Source of the DNA: Candidatus Latescibacterota bacterium
GTDB taxonomy: Bacteria; Latescibacterota; UBA2968
Assembly: GCA_965198115.1 (NCBI GenBank)
Contig: OZ240241.1
Location: forward strand, 4,352,001 to 4,416,000
Length of the DNA stretch: 64,000 bases
Reading direction: 5' to 3'
Positions 61,886 to 64,000 of this stretch are shown here, one piece after another (position 1 is the first letter of the stretch; each line of letters begins with the position of its first letter). The notes beneath the pieces are model-generated. The model was not told the origin of the DNA, searched no databases, and was given only the letters and a program-made list of their open reading frames with translations. Made by a program: the position numbers and the translations under genes.

Positions 61886-63331
61886 TTAGATCAACGTGGA
61901 AACCGTTTGCTGCGCCATCCTCAGCAGGTTCGTCGGTGCCAGACCGAGGTATAGTGTACCCAGGGATGTCACGATCAGCGCGACTCTGGAGAACGGCGAC
62001 ATCGTGACCTCGTGCGTCTGCCCGACGGGCTGACGCATATACATGCTCACGACCACGCCGAGGTAAAAGTAAACGGAGACCAGGCTGTTGAGGACGCCGA
62101 TGACTGTCAGCCAGATATAGCCCGACTCGACGGCTGCAGAAAAGATCTGAAATTTACCGAAGAAACCGGCCGTCGGGGGAAGTCCCGCCAGCGAGACCAT
62201 AAAGAGCGTCATCGCCAGGCCAAGACCCGGATGACGGAAGCCGAGACCGCTGTAGTTCGTGATCTCGAGGTTCTCGTCACCTTTCCGTCCCAACACCAAA
62301 ACCACCGAAAAAGCCCCGATGTTCATGAGCGTGTACGCGAGGAGGTAGAACAGCCCTCCCGCAACGCCACTCGCACTTGCCGCGACGACTGCCACCAGAA
62401 CGTAGCCGGCGTGCGCGACGCTCGAGTAGGCCAGCATCCGTTTGATGTTTCTCTGGGAGAGGGCGCCCAGGTTGCCCACCGTCATCGTCAGCGCGGCCAG
62501 CATCCAGATCGCCTGTGACCAATCATCGACCAGATCCCCCATCGCGGCGAACAGGACGCGGAAGAAAACGGCGAACGCAGCCGCCTTGGGTCCCGCTGAC
62601 ATGAAAGCCGTGATTGACGTAGGTGCGCCCTGGTAAACGTCGGGCGCCCACATGTGAAACGGAACGGCAGAAACCTTGAAGGCGAAACCGACGATCAACA
62701 GCGCGACGCCGCCGAGCAGCATCAGGTGGCTGTTTACGCGACCTTGTGCGATCGTCAGCTCGATCTCGCGCAGATTCGTCGTCCCCGTTGACCCGTAGAC
62801 GAGGGCGATGCCATAGAGAAGGAATCCCGTCGCAAACGCACCCAGAAGCAGATACTTCAGCGAAGCCTCGTTCGACGACTTCGCCCGCCTGAAGAACCCG
62901 ACGAGGATGTAGAGGGCAAGCGACATCAACTCCAGACCGAGAAAGATCACGACCAGGTCGGCACCGGCCGCCATGAGCATCATCCCCAGGGTCGCCGCCA
63001 GAATCAGGATGTAATACTCGGCCCTGCCTGCCTCTTCACGCGCCAGAAAATCGACGGAAATGAAGATCGTCAGCCCGGTCCCAGCGAGAAACAGCAGGTT
63101 GAAGAAGAGCGCGAAATCGTCCAGAAAAACCATGCCCCCGAATCCAGCAGTCGGGGGCACGTTCCACATACCCAGCGTCACCGCGAAGGCAACGGCCGTC
63201 CCAAGCAGGGCGACATCTCCCGCTCTTTTACCCTTGTTCGCAGGCCAAATGATATCGATGCAGAGAACGAGGAGACAGAGCCCCGCGACGATGAGCATGG
63301 GCGTCAGTACGGTCCAGTTGAAATCAAACAC
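61886..63331 (-). CDS. nuoN: NADH-quinone oxidoreductase subunit N
   Basis: LELMSL, EASLKY..LGAF, FKVSAVPFHMWAPDVYQGAP, KRMLAYSSVAHAGY, SLAGLPPTAGF.GK. Confidence 0.95.
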   Translation of the reverse strand: MFDFNWTVLTPMLIVAGLCLLVLCIDIIWPANKGKRAGDVALLGTAVAFAVTLGMWNVPPTAGFGGMVFLDDFALFFNLLFLAGTGLTIFISVDFLAREEAGRAEYYILILAATLGMMLMAAGADLVVIFLGLELMSLALYILVGFFRRAKSSNEASLKYLLLGAFATGFLLYGIALVYGSTGTTNLREIELTIAQGRVNSHLMLLGGVALLIVGFAFKVSAVPFHMWAPDVYQGAPTSITAFMSAGPKAAAFAVFFRVLFAAMGDLVDDWSQAIWMLAALTMTVGNLGALSQRNIKRMLAYSSVAHAGYVLVAVVAASASGVAGGLFYLLAYTLMNIGAFSVVLVLGRKGDENLEITNYSGLGFRHPGLGLAMTLFMVSLAGLPPTAGFFGKFQIFSAAVESGYIWLTVIGVLNSLVSVYFYLGVVVSMYMRQPVGQTHEVTMSPFSRVALIVTSLGTLYLGLAPTNLLRMAQQTVSTLI

Positions 63332-63352
63332 GGTACTGCTCGAACCGATGGG

Positions 63353-64000
63353 TCACAGGTAGAAAACCAGGTAGGCTACGAGGAAGAGGGTAACAAGCAG
63401 AACAGTCGTCCCCGTCCGCACGGTCCGGGCCAAAACACCCTGCGGACCGTAATGCTGGTGGGCGAATGCGATGATCGAGGCAACCGCTGCCTTGCTGCCT
63501 TTGAAGAAGCCGTCGCTCACGGGTCTACCGACGCTCAGGAACGAGCGAACCGTAGCGGGCAACAGCCGACGATAGGCCCAGTCGACATCGAGGTTCACCG
63601 ATCTCAATTCCGGCGGGTAGATCCCGGAGAGTTTCAAGAAAGCGAAGGCCAAAGCAGAGAAAAAGAGGATCTGCCATTGCTGCACCATATGAGTCAGCGT
63701 GTAGGGCACGTAGTCAACGGGGTAAGGCAACAGCCTGTAAAGGAATTCCGGAAAACAGCCGATCAGGACACAGAGAAGGGCACCCAGCCCCATGGCAACG
63801 CACATGTTGATGGGGGCCTCTTTGCACCGGATGCCAGCGTCGTGAGCGAAGAATGCGAAGAAGGGGATCTTGATACCCGCGTGGTGGAACACACCCGCCG
63901 AGGCGAACAGGAGCATCAGCCAGACGACCACATACCCCTGCTCGGCGGCGATGGTCATCACCATGGATTTGCTCACGAACCCGCTGAAGAAGGGGAAGGC
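63353..64000 (-). CDS. Na+/H+ antiporter subunit D (MrpD-like), 5'-truncated by window edge
   Basis: AFPFFSGFVSKSM, LLFASAGVFHHAGIKIPFFAFF, LYRLLPYPVDYVPYT, NLDVDWAYR. Confidence 0.8.
   Translation of the reverse strand, partial: AFPFFSGFVSKSMVMTIAAEQGYVVVWLMLLFASAGVFHHAGIKIPFFAFFAHDAGIRCKEAPINMCVAMGLGALLCVLIGCFPEFLYRLLPYPVDYVPYTLTHMVQQWQILFFSALAFAFLKLSGIYPPELRSVNLDVDWAYRRLLPATVRSFLSVGRPVSDGFFKGSKAAVASIIAFAHQHYGPQGVLARTVRTGTTVLLVTLFLVAYLVFYL

Overview
GC-rich bacterial chromosomal window. By inference it comes from a non-Bacteroidota FCB-group lineage such as Latescibacterota: it has dockerin-like EF-hand tails, FlgD-type C-terminal sorting domains, PorV and C25 proteins, and a short RpoD. 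Contents from left to right: (1) tandem aldo/keto reductases; (2) a minus-strand cluster of T9SS-like components and cargo (PorV-transglutaminase-TPR fusion, NHL/dockerin protein, beta-propeller-FlgD protein, PorU/gingipain-like C25 peptidase) with an amidohydrolase and a PhyH dioxygenase; (3) a surface-glycan locus (epimerase, GT4, Wzx, WecA-methyltransferase fusion, DegT, GT2, Wzy/WaaL-like, two GT-C proteins); (4) a divergently transcribed PVM-like bacterial microcompartment (BMC) locus (PduL, three BMC-H, three BMC-P, acylating aldehyde dehydrogenase, class II aldolase), which unusually carries a membrane GT-C glycosyltransferase coupled between two shell genes and has a satellite BMC-H fused to a Rho_N-like domain; (5) a decayed degP, a sigma factor, and PHP, DUF2723, rhomboid, M23, PpiD, cytidylate-kinase-like and nadE genes; (6) a complete atp operon lying directly downstream of mrpD-like and nuoN genes. 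Many REP-like and short tandem repeats occur, one pair of them inside a coding frame. Three single-G deletions in G runs (one in atpC) suggest assembly errors. All assignments are from motif recognition by eye; no database searches were run.
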